Source of the DNA: a virus
Lineage: Duplodnaviria; Heunggongvirae; Uroviricota; Caudoviricetes
Length of the DNA stretch: 64,000 nt
IMG/VR virus record: IMGVR_UViG_3300005260_000047
Strand: one strand, 5' to 3'
The position numbers were made by a program, and so were the translations under genes. Under the pieces are notes generated by a model, which searched no databases, was not told the DNA's origin, and saw only the letters and a list, made by a program, of their open reading frames with translations. Positions 8,425 through 17,305 of the stretch are shown here, piece by piece (position 1 is the stretch's first letter; every line of letters starts with the position of its first letter).

Positions 8425-8453
8425 TTGAAACTAAGTCAGTAATGACTTATACT
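8425..8453 (+). promoter_or_regulatory. Sigma70-like promoter TTGAAA-N17-TATACT, with a perfect AAGTCAgtaaTGACTT palindrome filling the spacer; divergent control region
   Basis: 8425 TTGAAA, 8433..8448 palindrome, 8448 TATACT. The ATG of the helicase gene is at 8473. The minus-strand ParB-like gene starts at 8412 on the other side. Confidence 0.5.
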
Positions 8454-8472
8454 TTATCCATATTTCCTGATT

Positions 8473-10221
8473 TTGGCAAGCCCCATGACAACTGTTTCTA
8501 TCGCCCATAACGCCATCAACGCCAAGCTGCACGATCCGAGCCGCGAAGTGAAGCTCGAAGTGCAGTCAATCCTGTCGTACCGCATTGACGGCGCTGAGCA
8601 TTCGATTCAGTTCAAGCGCGGCTATTGGGATGGGCGCAGCTCATTTCTGGATTTCAAGTCGGGCGTGTTCCCCGCCGGCTTCATCCATTTCGTGTCGGCG
8701 CACCTGCGGCGCAAGGGTTACACGGTCAATATCGTGAAAAGACCGTTGCCGGCGCCCCTGGGGCCGGAAAAGCCGGTCGTGGACGGCTTCGGTGACGATC
8801 CGCGCTACGACTATCATGATCATGTCATCGACAAGCTGTTAAAGCATGGCCAGATCATCGCGCAGGTAGCCACCGGCGGCGGCAAGAGCCGGATCGCGAA
8901 GAAGGCATTCGCCCGCATCAACCGGCCCGCGATGTTTTTGACCACGCGCGGCATCCTGATGTACCAGATGCATGCCGCATTCGAGCGCGACCTTGGCATC
9001 AAGGTATCGATTCTGGGCGATGGGAAATTCGGGCATACGGTGGTTGACGAACACGGCAACGAGCGCATGGCCATCAAGAAAATGAGCGTGGCGATGGTGC
9101 AAACCCTGGTGGCCCGCCTGGAGGAAAAGACAGTCGATGGCGAGATCGAGAAGATGGTCGAGGCGCGCGTCAAGAAAGAGTTAAAGGAGCTGTCCGCCTA
9201 CCGCAAGAGTCTGGAAAAGAAAGGGCTGCCGGCACCGCAGATCACTATCCTGTGCAACAAGTTTGAACGAAAGCAGGAGGCGTCGCGCCCGTCCGAGAAG
9301 GAAGTCGTCGCAGTCGCGACCGCCAAGGTGGCCGAACACATGGCCTTGCGCGCCAAGACGATCGATCTTTTGAAGAAATTCGAGCTGGTAATCCTGGAAG
9401 AAGCGCATGAGGCATCCGGCAACTCCTATTACGAGATTCTGCGCCACTGTGCCAATGCGCATTACCGGCTGGCCTTGACCGCCACGCCCTTCATGAAGGA
9501 TTCGGAAGAGTCGAACATGCGGTTGATGGCTTGCTCCGGCCCGATCGCGATCAAGGTGTCGGAGGCGCTGCTGATCGACCGCGGCATCCTGGCGCAACCC
9601 TACTTCAAGTTCATCAAGGCGCGCCAGAAACCGGCCAAGCTGTTCAAGCACACCGGCTGGCAAAGCGCTTACCGGATCGGGATTGTCGAAAACCCTTATC
9701 GCAACGCCGATATTGTGGCCGAATGCGCGCGGTTTGCCGGCTACGGGCTGACTTCGATGGTGCTGATTCAGCAAACCGCGCATGGCGATCGCCTGGTGAA
9801 CATGATGACGGCAGCCGGCCTGCGAGTCGAATTCATCAAGGGTGAGGATGATCAGGACGGCAGAAAAGCCGCATTGGCGCGACTGGCTGCCGGCGAGCTG
9901 GACGTATTGATCGGCACCACCATCCTCGATGTCGGCGTGGACGTGCCGGCGGTCGGTCATGTTTGCTTGGCCGGCGGCGGCAAGGCGGAGGTGGCGCTGC
10001 GCCAGCGGATTGGCCGCGGGTTGCGCGCCAAGAAATTCGGCCCGAACGTCTGCTTCGTCACCGATTTCGAGGACGAGTTCAACACGCATCTGCGTGAGCA
10101 TGCCAAGACCCGTCAGGCGATCATCGAGGGAACGCCAGGCTTTGACCGATACATTCTGCGCAATGGCGCCGACTTTGATCTGAAGGGCTTGGGCTTTTCG
10201 CGTCTGGCGGCAGCGGCTTGA
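8473..10221 (+). CDS. SF2 DEAD/DEAH-box helicase
   Basis: Motif I 'ATGGGKSR', motif II 'ILEEAHEA', motif III 'TATP', motif VI 'QRIGRGLR'. There is an N-terminal ~120-aa extension. The 361-aa antisense ORF 9181..10266 is rejected. Confidence 0.85.
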   Translation: MASPMTTVSIAHNAINAKLHDPSREVKLEVQSILSYRIDGAEHSIQFKRGYWDGRSSFLDFKSGVFPAGFIHFVSAHLRRKGYTVNIVKRPLPAPLGPEKPVVDGFGDDPRYDYHDHVIDKLLKHGQIIAQVATGGGKSRIAKKAFARINRPAMFLTTRGILMYQMHAAFERDLGIKVSILGDGKFGHTVVDEHGNERMAIKKMSVAMVQTLVARLEEKTVDGEIEKMVEARVKKELKELSAYRKSLEKKGLPAPQITILCNKFERKQEASRPSEKEVVAVATAKVAEHMALRAKTIDLLKKFELVILEEAHEASGNSYYEILRHCANAHYRLALTATPFMKDSEESNMRLMACSGPIAIKVSEALLIDRGILAQPYFKFIKARQKPAKLFKHTGWQSAYRIGIVENPYRNADIVAECARFAGYGLTSMVLIQQTAHGDRLVNMMTAAGLRVEFIKGEDDQDGRKAALARLAAGELDVLIGTTILDVGVDVPAVGHVCLAGGGKAEVALRQRIGRGLRAKKFGPNVCFVTDFEDEFNTHLREHAKTRQAIIEGTPGFDRYILRNGADFDLKGLGFSRLAAAA

Positions 10222-10290
10222 TGGAAACAGCTTGCGAAGGCCACTTATTTCCGGTATGGTGATCATTCACTACTTACTTATGGTGCGGAT

Positions 10291-10524
10291 ATGACCCAAG
10301 CGATGTTCATTTTGCTGTCCTACATCGGCGCAATCGTCGGATTGACCGCCTTTCTTCATAATCCGGTGGTGTTGCTGGCCTTGGCCTTCGTTCCTTCCTT
10401 AATGCAAGACCTGCCTTTCGGTCTGATCGCCGCGCAAATGCAAGCTGACGCGGTATCCGGCATGGATCCGGACGACGAGGCGCAACCAATGGGCTTTACG
10501 CAAAACGTGCAATCCAAAAAGTAA
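10291..10524 (+). CDS. Small membrane protein
   Basis: Two hydrophobic helices (ILLSYIGAIVGLTAFL, VVLLALAFVPSL). Followed by a terminator. Confidence 0.5.
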   Translation: MTQAMFILLSYIGAIVGLTAFLHNPVVLLALAFVPSLMQDLPFGLIAAQMQADAVSGMDPDDEAQPMGFTQNVQSKK

Positions 10525-10545
10525 TCTTTCCTTGAATGTCCTTTT

Positions 10546-10570
10546 AAGCGCCTTCGGGCGCTTTTTTTTG
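10546..10570 (+). terminator. Rho-independent terminator (AAGCGCC-ttcg-GGCGCTT plus T8)
   Basis: Perfect 7-bp stem followed by tttttttt, directly after the 10291..10524 gene. Confidence 0.7.
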
Positions 10571-10628
10571 CACGTATAAGCGACACGCAAGCTATAATCA
10601 TCGCATTCGATGCACGTAAGGGAAAATC

Positions 10629-10937
10629 ATGCCAAGAATGAAAGATGCGCCGGTCAATCCGGATGAAGTGAGCCGCTATACGCAACGCCTGACCAACCGG
10701 CACCAATTCAAGTTGGCACAGCTCGCCAAAGAACACATGATCAGCCAGCAGGAAGTGTTGGAGGTCATGATCGACCAGCTCGACCTGGACGCAATGGGGC
10801 CGCTCTTCAAGAAAATCCGCGAAGACAAGGTGACTGCGCGCACCCAGAAGAAGGAATTGGTCAAGCAGCTCGCCAAGCTCGATGTGAAAGAGCTGGAAAA
10901 GTTAGTCGAGCGCGATAAACAGGAGGCATCAGCGTGA
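10629..10937 (+). CDS. Hypothetical protein (charged, helical)
   Basis: 102-aa ORF, K/E-rich. Confidence 0.45.
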   Translation: MPRMKDAPVNPDEVSRYTQRLTNRHQFKLAQLAKEHMISQQEVLEVMIDQLDLDAMGPLFKKIREDKVTARTQKKELVKQLAKLDVKELEKLVERDKQEASA

Positions 10938-11173
10938 ACGGCATACAGGCGGCGACTATTTTTGGGGTAAAGATACTGGATCCGCGCGATGACACATACA
11001 AGGCGTCATCCAATCCCGCCCTGATTCTCTTGGATGCCTGCCGGCGCGAAACTGGCGTATTGCCGAATAACCTGGATTTCTATCGAGGCTTGGCAAACTG
11101 GTGTGATGAAAAAGGCTTCAGTTATAACGGCTCGCCGTCAAGCATAGTCGATATTCTGGCAAATATTCGATGA
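10934..11173 (+). CDS. Hypothetical protein
   Basis: 79-aa ORF with a 4-nt overlap to each neighbour. Confidence 0.45.
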   Translation: MNGIQAATIFGVKILDPRDDTYKASSNPALILLDACRRETGVLPNNLDFYRGLANWCDEKGFSYNGSPSSIVDILANIR

Positions 11174-11520
11174 AAGTCCTGGTCTGCGGCGGTAGGCGCT
11201 ACACTGACCAGACCTTCGCCTTTGCCGTTCTCGACCGCGTGCATGTAAAGCGCCCCATCACCCTGATCATTGAAGGCGGCGCAACCGGCGCTGATAGATT
11301 CGCGCGGGAGTGGGCCATTGCGCGCGGGGTGCGATACCAGACCTTCGAAGCGAATTGGCAACGCTACGGGAATCGTGCCGGCCCTGTGCGCAATCATACG
11401 ATGCTACGCGAGGGCAAGCCCGACTTCGTGGTTGCGTTCGCGGGCGGATCCGGCACTGCACACATGGTCAGAATCGCCAAAGAAGCCAGTACGCGCGTGC
11501 TGGAAACCTGGAAATACTAA
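11170..11520 (+). CDS. DUF2493 / SLOG-family Rossmann-fold protein
   Basis: 'MKVLVCGGRRYTD...IIEGGATGADRFAREWA...GPVRNHTML...FAGGSGTAHMV' matches the DUF2493 (DprA/LOG-related) pattern. Confidence 0.6.
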   Translation: MKVLVCGGRRYTDQTFAFAVLDRVHVKRPITLIIEGGATGADRFAREWAIARGVRYQTFEANWQRYGNRAGPVRNHTMLREGKPDFVVAFAGGSGTAHMVRIAKEASTRVLETWKY

Positions 11521-11627
11521 AAGAGCCTGTCTCGAATTTTTTTGGATGTATAAGAGTGTTAGCTTTTTTTTGCCTGCCGTGCGGATGCGCGCTCTTGCTT
11601 CAGACACGAAAATTTTTGCTATAAGGC

Positions 11628-11960
11628 TTATACGGCAATAGCTTGTGGCTTTTTGGCAGAAACAAACAGTGCGCTTCCCAACACGCTAATCGCCAATCCT
11701 ACCCAGATCGCCATCATTGCCTTGTCCTGCATTGCTTTAGCTGAAGCCATCGCCCTAGCGTATCCTGACGGCGACCCTACAATGATAAAAGCCTGATCGG
11801 CAGACAGCCTGGCATCTGGATCAACCTTGTTTAACAGCTCGGTATATTCGCCTTCCTTGCGCGTATAGGTTTTCTTGCTGTCATAGTTGATCAATGCTCC
11901 CACCAACACGGCAAGCAAGCCGATGACGGTAATTATTTTGGCAAATTTACGAATATCCAT
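11628..11960 (-). CDS. Membrane protein (N- and C-terminal transmembrane helices)
   Basis: Start MDIRKFAKIITVIGLLAVLV. Convergent with the plus-strand block. Confidence 0.5.
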   Translation of the reverse strand: MDIRKFAKIITVIGLLAVLVGALINYDSKKTYTRKEGEYTELLNKVDPDARLSADQAFIIVGSPSGYARAMASAKAMQDKAMMAIWVGLAISVLGSALFVSAKKPQAIAV

Positions 11961-12257
11961 TGGGCCTCCCGATTGCGATAAGTGCAATTATAGTGGGGGC
12001 TGGCCAAGTTTCCCTGGCGCTGTATCCAAGCTGCAACTGTTTATCGTGGAACACCGCGGATCCGGAATATGTTTATGGCATCGACCTGTCCGGCGGATCT
12101 GTCGATTTTCAATGGATTTTCGAACATATCGCTGGCTGTATAAGGATAGGGGCTGCCGGCTGCCAGGATTCTATAAGGATAGGGTTGGGAGGGTGGAAGA
12201 CGAGGAAGGCTGGGCCTACCAGGTCGAGCGATCGTCCTAAGACTTCGCCCTTTTTAT

Positions 12258-12397
12258 TGCTGCTTAATATTTCATCAACTCTGCTTGATGCTTGTGCGCG
12301 GTTAGTAGTGCGTTATCAAGTGCGCGCACTGCGCACACCATGCATGACACTGTAGAAACAACGAACACTAAAACGATTGCGAGATTTTTAAACATGA
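12258..12397 (-). CDS. Small hydrophobic peptide (45 aa), putative
   Basis: Hand translation gives MFKNLAIVLVFVVSTVSCMVCAVRALDNALLTAHKHQAELMKY. GGGAAA lies 8 nt upstream. Confidence 0.2.
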
Positions 12398-12424
12398 TCT
12401 TTTTCCCTGTTTGATGTTTGAGAA

Positions 12425-12446
12425 CTAGACCGCTTGCGCGGTCTAG
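12425..12446. repeat. Perfect inverted repeat CTAGACCGC-ttgc-GCGGTCTAG
   Basis: 9-bp arms immediately downstream of the 12462..13055 gene and next to a motif site at 12451..12465. Confidence 0.6.
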
Positions 12447-12461
12447 TAATTCACTAATGAC

Positions 12462-13055
12462 TTATGCGTTTGCGGTAAATAACGCGCTAAATGCTTTCGC
12501 TCTGTCATTGTCACAAAACCGCGTTATATCATTACGCTTGCCCTTTTGAACTTCGCAGATACCGAGATGCAAAAACATCATGCGCGTTGATGATGCTTGC
12601 GTTGATGCTGTACCCGCAGTGCATGACAAGCGCCCTATCAACGCTTTCGCTTGCTCTAATTCATCGTATTGCACCGCAGTAGACAAGCACATAAGGGTTT
12701 CTTTGTTGTTCAAATCATCAACTTTCAAAAGATTCTTTACAATCGCCCTTGTATATGGGTCAACTTCGCTTTTCAGGTTTTGACCGAGTGCAACCAATGA
12801 AGAAACAATTTTAACTAACACTTTGACCGCGATAAAATTCGCTTTGTCTTGCTTATGGTCTGCAATACGCGCTTTTTTCAATAGGTCTTTTGCGAGTTCT
12901 GCAAACTCAGGTTTGCTCATGACTAGATCAATAGCTGCTGAACCTGCTTGCGCGTTATTCAATGCGGTTTGTGTATCTTTGCTGAACTGTTCAGCATTAC
13001 GGGCGGTCAACACTTCAACGAATTTCACTGAAAAGGTTTTAGCTTGCTTAGACAT
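12462..13055 (-). CDS. Hypothetical all-alpha protein in an AT-rich island
   Basis: 197 aa. Local GC is visibly lower than the surrounding sequence. Confidence 0.55.
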   Translation of the reverse strand: MSKQAKTFSVKFVEVLTARNAEQFSKDTQTALNNAQAGSAAIDLVMSKPEFAELAKDLLKKARIADHKQDKANFIAVKVLVKIVSSLVALGQNLKSEVDPYTRAIVKNLLKVDDLNNKETLMCLSTAVQYDELEQAKALIGRLSCTAGTASTQASSTRMMFLHLGICEVQKGKRNDITRFCDNDRAKAFSALFTANA

Positions 13056-13104
13056 GATTTTTTCCCTTGTTTAGTTTGCTGCATCAACGTGATGCAGTAA
13101 CTAC

Positions 13105-13133
13105 ATAATAATTCACTACGGACTTATTTACAA
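13105..13133 (-). promoter_or_regulatory. Sigma70-like promoter TTGTAA-N17-TATTAT with an operator-like half-site in the spacer
   Basis: Minus strand reads TTGTAAataagtccgtagtgaatTATTAT, upstream of the 12462..13055 gene. Confidence 0.5.
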
Positions 13134-13445
13134 GCTTTTTTGCACGTATTTTTGAATTTATTTTTACATGCTTATTTTTGTTGTATTTGTGCAAATCGCT
13201 TGACATACGTGCAAAAACAAGATACACGCATGCGCGCACGCAGTCTTAGGATAGGCGTCGGCTTGGCGCGGGGTTGGAAGAGGCGCCCGACCGGCGCATC
13301 CTGGGCATATCAGGAAAACCTGCCATACAGCCGTTCCTAGGCCCGCAGCCGTATTCAGGCACAGCGCCGTACCCGGCCGGCGAGCCAGATCCTAGGCATG
13401 GGCGTGACGTGGAAAAGCGCCGATGCCAGCGCTTTCCTGTCAGGC

Positions 13446-13712
13446 TCAATGTCTGGCGCTGATCCTGGGTGTGCGTACCGGACGCACATAGCGGCCCTTG
13501 GCGCGGTGCAGGCTGTCTTCCGCATCCCACTGCATCAGTTCCAGCGCCGACACCGGCTCGTCATGGCTGGTGTCGTGACCAGGACAGTCGTCGGAAAAGC
13601 ATCCGTTGGGCGACACCGGCTCTTCATATACCCGTCCGCAATGCGGGCATTCAAAGGCGGCGCAAGTGCTGACGGGGCGCGCATGCGAGGCGATGGCGTG
13701 GATGGATTTCAT
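13446..13712 (-). CDS. Zinc-ribbon protein
   Basis: Start MKSIHAIAS with an AGGAG Shine-Dalgarno. 'CAAFECPHCG...CFSDDCPGH'. A motif site at 13725..13739 lies directly upstream. Confidence 0.5.
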   Translation of the reverse strand: MKSIHAIASHARPVSTCAAFECPHCGRVYEEPVSPNGCFSDDCPGHDTSHDEPVSALELMQWDAEDSLHRAKGRYVRPVRTPRISARH

Positions 13713-13758
13713 ACAAAACTCCTTATAAGTCATTAATGATTGATTCAACCAGGCGCAA

Positions 13759-13992
13759 TTACTGCGCGATCTGGCGCGGTGCGCGTCCGAAGAGAATGAA
13801 ATACGCCTGTTCAAAGGGAATGCCGCGGTTGCGCAGGTAACGCACACCAGCCCATGTTCCAAACTGCTTGATCTTTGAACGGTAAAACGCGAGGTCTTTG
13901 GCACTCATTTCGATTCCCTGTCTGGTTCGTTGCTGCGTCACGCGATGCAGTAGACGCATAGTCTCGAACCGCACCAGGATTGTCTGCGGCAA
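13759..13992 (-). CDS. Hypothetical protein
   Basis: 77-aa ORF; start uncertain. Confidence 0.35.
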   Translation of the reverse strand: MPQTILVRFETMRLLHRVTQQRTRQGIEMSAKDLAFYRSKIKQFGTWAGVRYLRNRGIPFEQAYFILFGRAPRQIAQ

Positions 13993-14099
13993 GCTGCATC
14001 CGTCCTGACAGGGAAAGGCGGCCGGCGGCCTAGGCGTGGCCTGAACGTTTCCTGGCCTGGGTGTCGTGTGGCCGGCAACTTGTTTATTTGTCAGGCGTG

Positions 14100-14192
14100 T
14101 CGTGTCCGGAGCCGCAGCCTGGCCTACCCAAGCGTTTCCTAAATACTTTATTACTTCACTACTTACTTATTTATATTTATATAGTATTTATA
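14100..14192 (-). promoter_or_regulatory. Second copy of the late-promoter-like block (CTTGGG repeats plus TATATAGTATTTATAGAAG)
   Basis: Minus strand reads cTTGGGGCtgcCTTGGcgttgCTTGGGGCC...CTTC-TATAAATACTATATAA. 14171..14189 is identical to 3658..3676. Confidence 0.45.
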
Positions 14193-14375
14193 GAAGACCC
14201 TGTCCGGCCCCAAGCAACGCCAAGGCAGCCCCAAAGCTAGGATTGATCCATGCCGGCGCCTAGGCTTCTTATAGCAGGCAGACAGGCATTTCTCCTATCC
14301 TGCTCCTATCTGGCTCCGTCACCGTATCTCTTACGGGCCGGTCAGCCATACATACTGCCAGCCCGCCGTATCCTG

Positions 14376-14555
14376 TCAGGCGTCGGTCAGGTTCTTCAAA
14401 TTGTTGGCGATCAAGGTGCCGAACTGCTCGACAAACCGCGGATCGTCAAAGGCTTTCTGCTCCTTTGCGTAAAGCAGTGCCGCACGGACGGTCATCGCAT
14501 CAATAATAGGCTCGCCGGCCCTCGTCAATACCTGTCCAATGTAATCAATAGTCAT
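14376..14555 (-). CDS. Small protein (59 aa), putative
   Basis: Hand translation gives MTIDYIGQVLTRAGEPIIDAMTVRAALLYAKEQKAFDDPRFVEQFGTLIANNLKNLTDA. AGGAG lies 6 nt upstream. It is below the cutoff of the ORF track. Confidence 0.35.
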   Translation of the reverse strand: MTIDYIGQVLTRAGEPIIDAMTVRAALLYAKEQKAFDDPRFVEQFGTLIANNLKNLTDA

Positions 14556-14828
14556 GCTCTCTCCTTGTGTGATGCTTACAGTTTCTCAAGCGGTTGCAGG
14601 CTTGTCTGTGGCAATCTATAAGATGCATTTCTCCTAGGCGCAACCTCAACCTTATACAGAGCGGGCCTGAACTATAATGGTCTTATACCAAGGCGAGTGC
14701 TTGGTTCCGGAGTGCTGCGACATGGCTGACAGGCGGCTCCACAGAGGGAAAATCAGGGTAAATTGCTGTAAGGCTTTCGAATAAGAGGCTTGAAGACGAT
14801 GAATGGAATACGTACCTCTCCAACTCTT

Positions 14829-14864
14829 TCACATACGATTTCACATACGATACATACGATTTCC
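14829..14864. repeat. Tandem CATACGAT(T) repeats (x3) inside a ~650-bp non-coding region (14556..15212)
   Basis: tcacatacgatt / tcacatacgata / catacgatttcc, followed by CCTAC/CA-rich low-complexity sequence. There is no credible ORF; the 14790..15020 plus-strand ORF is a translation of the repeats. Confidence 0.6.
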
Positions 14865-15198
14865 CCTACGACACCCATGCCTACCCATACTCATTCACAC
14901 GCTCCTACAGCACATGCGTCTACATATCCTTTCACGCTCATGCTCTTGTTGCCTGTGTTATTCCTCATTCCTGTTTGGCCGGTGAATTTTCATGGCCTGA
15001 CCAAAGCCTTGGCTTGGTGAATTGGTCTGGCTAATATATGTTCCGATTTCAAGCCTGACCTGCTGCTACTACTGCTCTTACTACTTATCCTGCCAACCAC
15101 GCTCCTATTGCCAATAACGCTTTAAACACTGCCCAAATAAATGCGATTGCTTCCAATATAAGCATCAAATCTCCTACTGTTTTACTTAACGCTGATCA

Positions 15199-15245
15199 AA
15201 GCCAGGTTCCTCCTACGGGCCTGGCTTTATTGTTTTTGCTTTCTC
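15199..15245 (+). terminator. Hairpin GCCAGG-N13-CCTGGC followed by TTTATTGTTTTTGC, a plus-strand terminator-like element
   Basis: It overlaps the 3' end of the minus-strand gene 15213..15557. Its orientation suggests it terminates a plus-strand transcript coming out of the non-coding region. Confidence 0.35.
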
Positions 15246-15557
15246 GATGATCTTATTGGCGAGATTGTGCAAGATGCGTTTTTCCTGGTCGGTTGCATTG
15301 TCCAAAATATCGGGTGCTGGATTACGCTCTTGGATATCTTGCCAAACGATGTTTTCGTCAATTAACAGTTGAACACCGTGTCCACCCTGCGCCCATCCAT
15401 ACCGGCGCGCGGTTTCATCGATTCTTTGCACTAGGGCGCTAAACTGTCTTGGGTGAACGGTTGGCAGGTCGCTTATTGCTTCGACTGCCTTTAACAGCCT
15501 GTCGTGAATTGCCTGCTCTTCTGGTGTAGCCGGTCGGAGCTTGCGTTCCTGGTTCAT
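15213..15557 (-). CDS. Hypothetical protein
   Basis: 114 aa. Confidence 0.5.
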   Translation of the reverse strand: MNQERKLRPATPEEQAIHDRLLKAVEAISDLPTVHPRQFSALVQRIDETARRYGWAQGGHGVQLLIDENIVWQDIQERNPAPDILDNATDQEKRILHNLANKIIEKAKTIKPGP

Positions 15558-15754
15558 GCGATCTCCTTTCTGCGTTTGATTTCGCGCGGCAGTCCTTTGG
15601 ATCCGGACAGTTCAGCCTGGATATCGGGATGGCGGCCGCCTGGAATGAATTCTTCTTGAAATTCGGTAATCGGGTCGATCGACAGGCTGAAGTAGTCGAT
15701 CCAGGAGTCGCCATGCTGGTTAATGGCAATGCGGATTGAGGTTTTATGGCTCAT
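15554..15754 (-). CDS. Hypothetical protein
   Basis: 66 aa. A TTGTAA-N17 promoter-like sequence with a motif site lies upstream at 15790..15818. Confidence 0.45.
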   Translation of the reverse strand: MSHKTSIRIAINQHGDSWIDYFSLSIDPITEFQEEFIPGGRHPDIQAELSGSKGLPREIKRRKEIA

Positions 15755-16109
15755 GGTGTTGTGTTGCGTGGTTCGTTGTTCGAAGTTCTATCATTCACGA
15801 ATGACTTAGGCGTTACAAGTTGGAAGATCATCTAGCCGACCGTTTTAAACGCGATTTAAGCTCTTTTGAAGTCGGGCGCTGTCTTGGTATGTCTTGCTTG
15901 AAATAATCGCAGGCCAGCCCGTTTGATGCGGTTGCCGAGCGTGTTTTAAGTTGACGGTTTTATCGTGTCGCATTTGGGCAGGAGCGTTTAGCACTTGTTG
16001 CGCGTTGGTTTTCAGCGCAGGCATAAATTATTGTTTGAAATCAAATACTTAGCCTAGGCTTGCCAAAGAATTGCCAAAACAGCCATTTTGGCTGCTTGGT
16101 AAGGGTGGA

Positions 16110-16520
16110 TTAAAGGCGAAATTCCGTCGAACAAATCTCGCCTTTACCATCCTTCAGGGTGGTTTCCAGCCACTTGATTACTTCGGCTTGAGGCTTGGAA
16201 TCATTAAGGAATTGAAGCACATGAGCCTGATCGACGGTCATGCCGGTCATTGCGACAATGTTGTTCCTGCCGAAGTGTTCCGCTACGGTTTTCAAGTCCT
16301 GACCATTCAAGGATTCGCCGTCGGAGTTCTGAGCCAACCCGATTTCGCGAAGCTGCTTCGGCGTGAAGAACTGTCCAATAATGCAGTGCCGACCATTCTT
16401 CGGCTGAAAGTAGCTGTTCTTTTCCAATTTATTGCTCCTGGCATATGCCAATGCACTCTCCAATGCCTGTCGCAGTGTTTTAGGCGCATACTTCAATGCC
16501 GGATGCGTTGCCGTAGTCAT
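16110..16520 (-). CDS. Hypothetical protein
   Basis: 136 aa. Followed by a weak hairpin with U-run at 16074..16095. Confidence 0.5.
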   Translation of the reverse strand: MTTATHPALKYAPKTLRQALESALAYARSNKLEKNSYFQPKNGRHCIIGQFFTPKQLREIGLAQNSDGESLNGQDLKTVAEHFGRNNIVAMTGMTVDQAHVLQFLNDSKPQAEVIKWLETTLKDGKGEICSTEFRL

Positions 16521-16530
16521 AATTTCTCCT

Positions 16531-16773
16531 TTAAGGTTCGTCGGCGTAAATTTGCTCCACCCTTACCCACTCATGCAGCATTTCCAGCCTGTCATGATGG
16601 CTGGCGGTGGGCCACCAGTCGAGTCCGCGGTAGCCGGAAAATACAATGCCAGCCACGCCACCCTCATCGATGCCAACCTGATCCATGATGCTGCGCACAG
16701 CATCGTCCAGATCGTCGATCTTGGCGGCCGCTTCGAGCATGTCGTCGGCGATCTTATAGGCGGGGTGGGTCAT
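16531..16773 (-). CDS. Hypothetical protein
   Basis: 80 aa, acidic. Confidence 0.45.
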   Translation of the reverse strand: MTHPAYKIADDMLEAAAKIDDLDDAVRSIMDQVGIDEGGVAGIVFSGYRGLDWWPTASHHDRLEMLHEWVRVEQIYADEP

Positions 16774-16982
16774 AACAGACGCTCCAGTCCGGTTTTAAGA
16801 AGGCGTCGTCGTGCGCGCTTTGCCTGCCAGCGCCAGCGATAGACTGGAGTCACGTTCTGCTGCTGATTCACATCAAAGACGACATAAGGCCCGCGCCGCG
16901 CGTCACCTTCCCAACAACCATCCTCGCCGGTGCCGTCGATTACCAGTTGGCGTTCGCCTTTCTCAGTCACAGTGTTTGCCAT
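16770..16982 (-). CDS. Hypothetical protein
   Basis: Start MANTVTEKGE chosen to avoid a 76-nt overlap. Confidence 0.35.
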   Translation of the reverse strand: MANTVTEKGERQLVIDGTGEDGCWEGDARRGPYVVFDVNQQQNVTPVYRWRWQAKRARRRLLKTGLERLL

Positions 16983-17305
16983 ATCGCAGCTCCTTTCTTC
17001 CGATATTTCATGGTTGTGCAGCCAACGTCGCTCATAGCCCAATCCAGCGGCTCGAAGGCAGAGTCGCCGTCCTGGTCATCGAGATTCAGGCACACGCCTT
17101 CGTAGTAAAGCTCGCCATCGTCGTCATACAGGCGGAATTCGAAATTGCAAGCGTCGATCCACGCCTGCTTGATCGCGGGCCTGGCTTCTGCCGGCGCCGC
17201 ATCCCACGCTTCGCGGCGCTTCCTGCTGCCGGCATTCAGGTAGCCGACGCGGTTGGTGTCGTCAGGCTCGGTGTTGATCAGGTCTTTCGTGATGATCCAA
17301 AGCAT
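16967..17305 (-). CDS. Hypothetical protein
   Basis: 112 aa. Confidence 0.45.
   Translation of the reverse strand: MLWIITKDLINTEPDDTNRVGYLNAGSRKRREAWDAAPAEARPAIKQAWIDACNFEFRLYDDDGELYYEGVCLNLDDQDGDSAFEPLDWAMSDVGCTTMKYRKKGAAIWQTL

Noticed and set aside
9181-10266. 361-aa minus-strand ORF inside the helicase gene
   Set aside because: It is antisense to a helicase with all SF2 motifs. Its composition is Arg/Ala/Gly-rich, typical of the wrong frame.
11521-11627. Terminator after the DUF2493 gene (T-runs at 11537 and 11565)
   Set aside because: No convincing GC-rich stem precedes either T-run. Convergent transcription probably ends here, but I cannot place a hairpin.
14829-14864. Tandem repeats considered as a CRISPR array
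   Set aside because: The units are 9-12 bp and contiguous without spacers, far too short and too few for CRISPR.
14790-15020. 76-aa plus-strand ORF 'MKTMNGIRTSPTLSHTISHTIHTISPTTPMPTHTHSH...'
   Set aside because: It is a translation of the CATACGAT/CCTAC tandem repeats. It is low-complexity, has no ribosome-binding site, and lies in a region better explained as non-coding.
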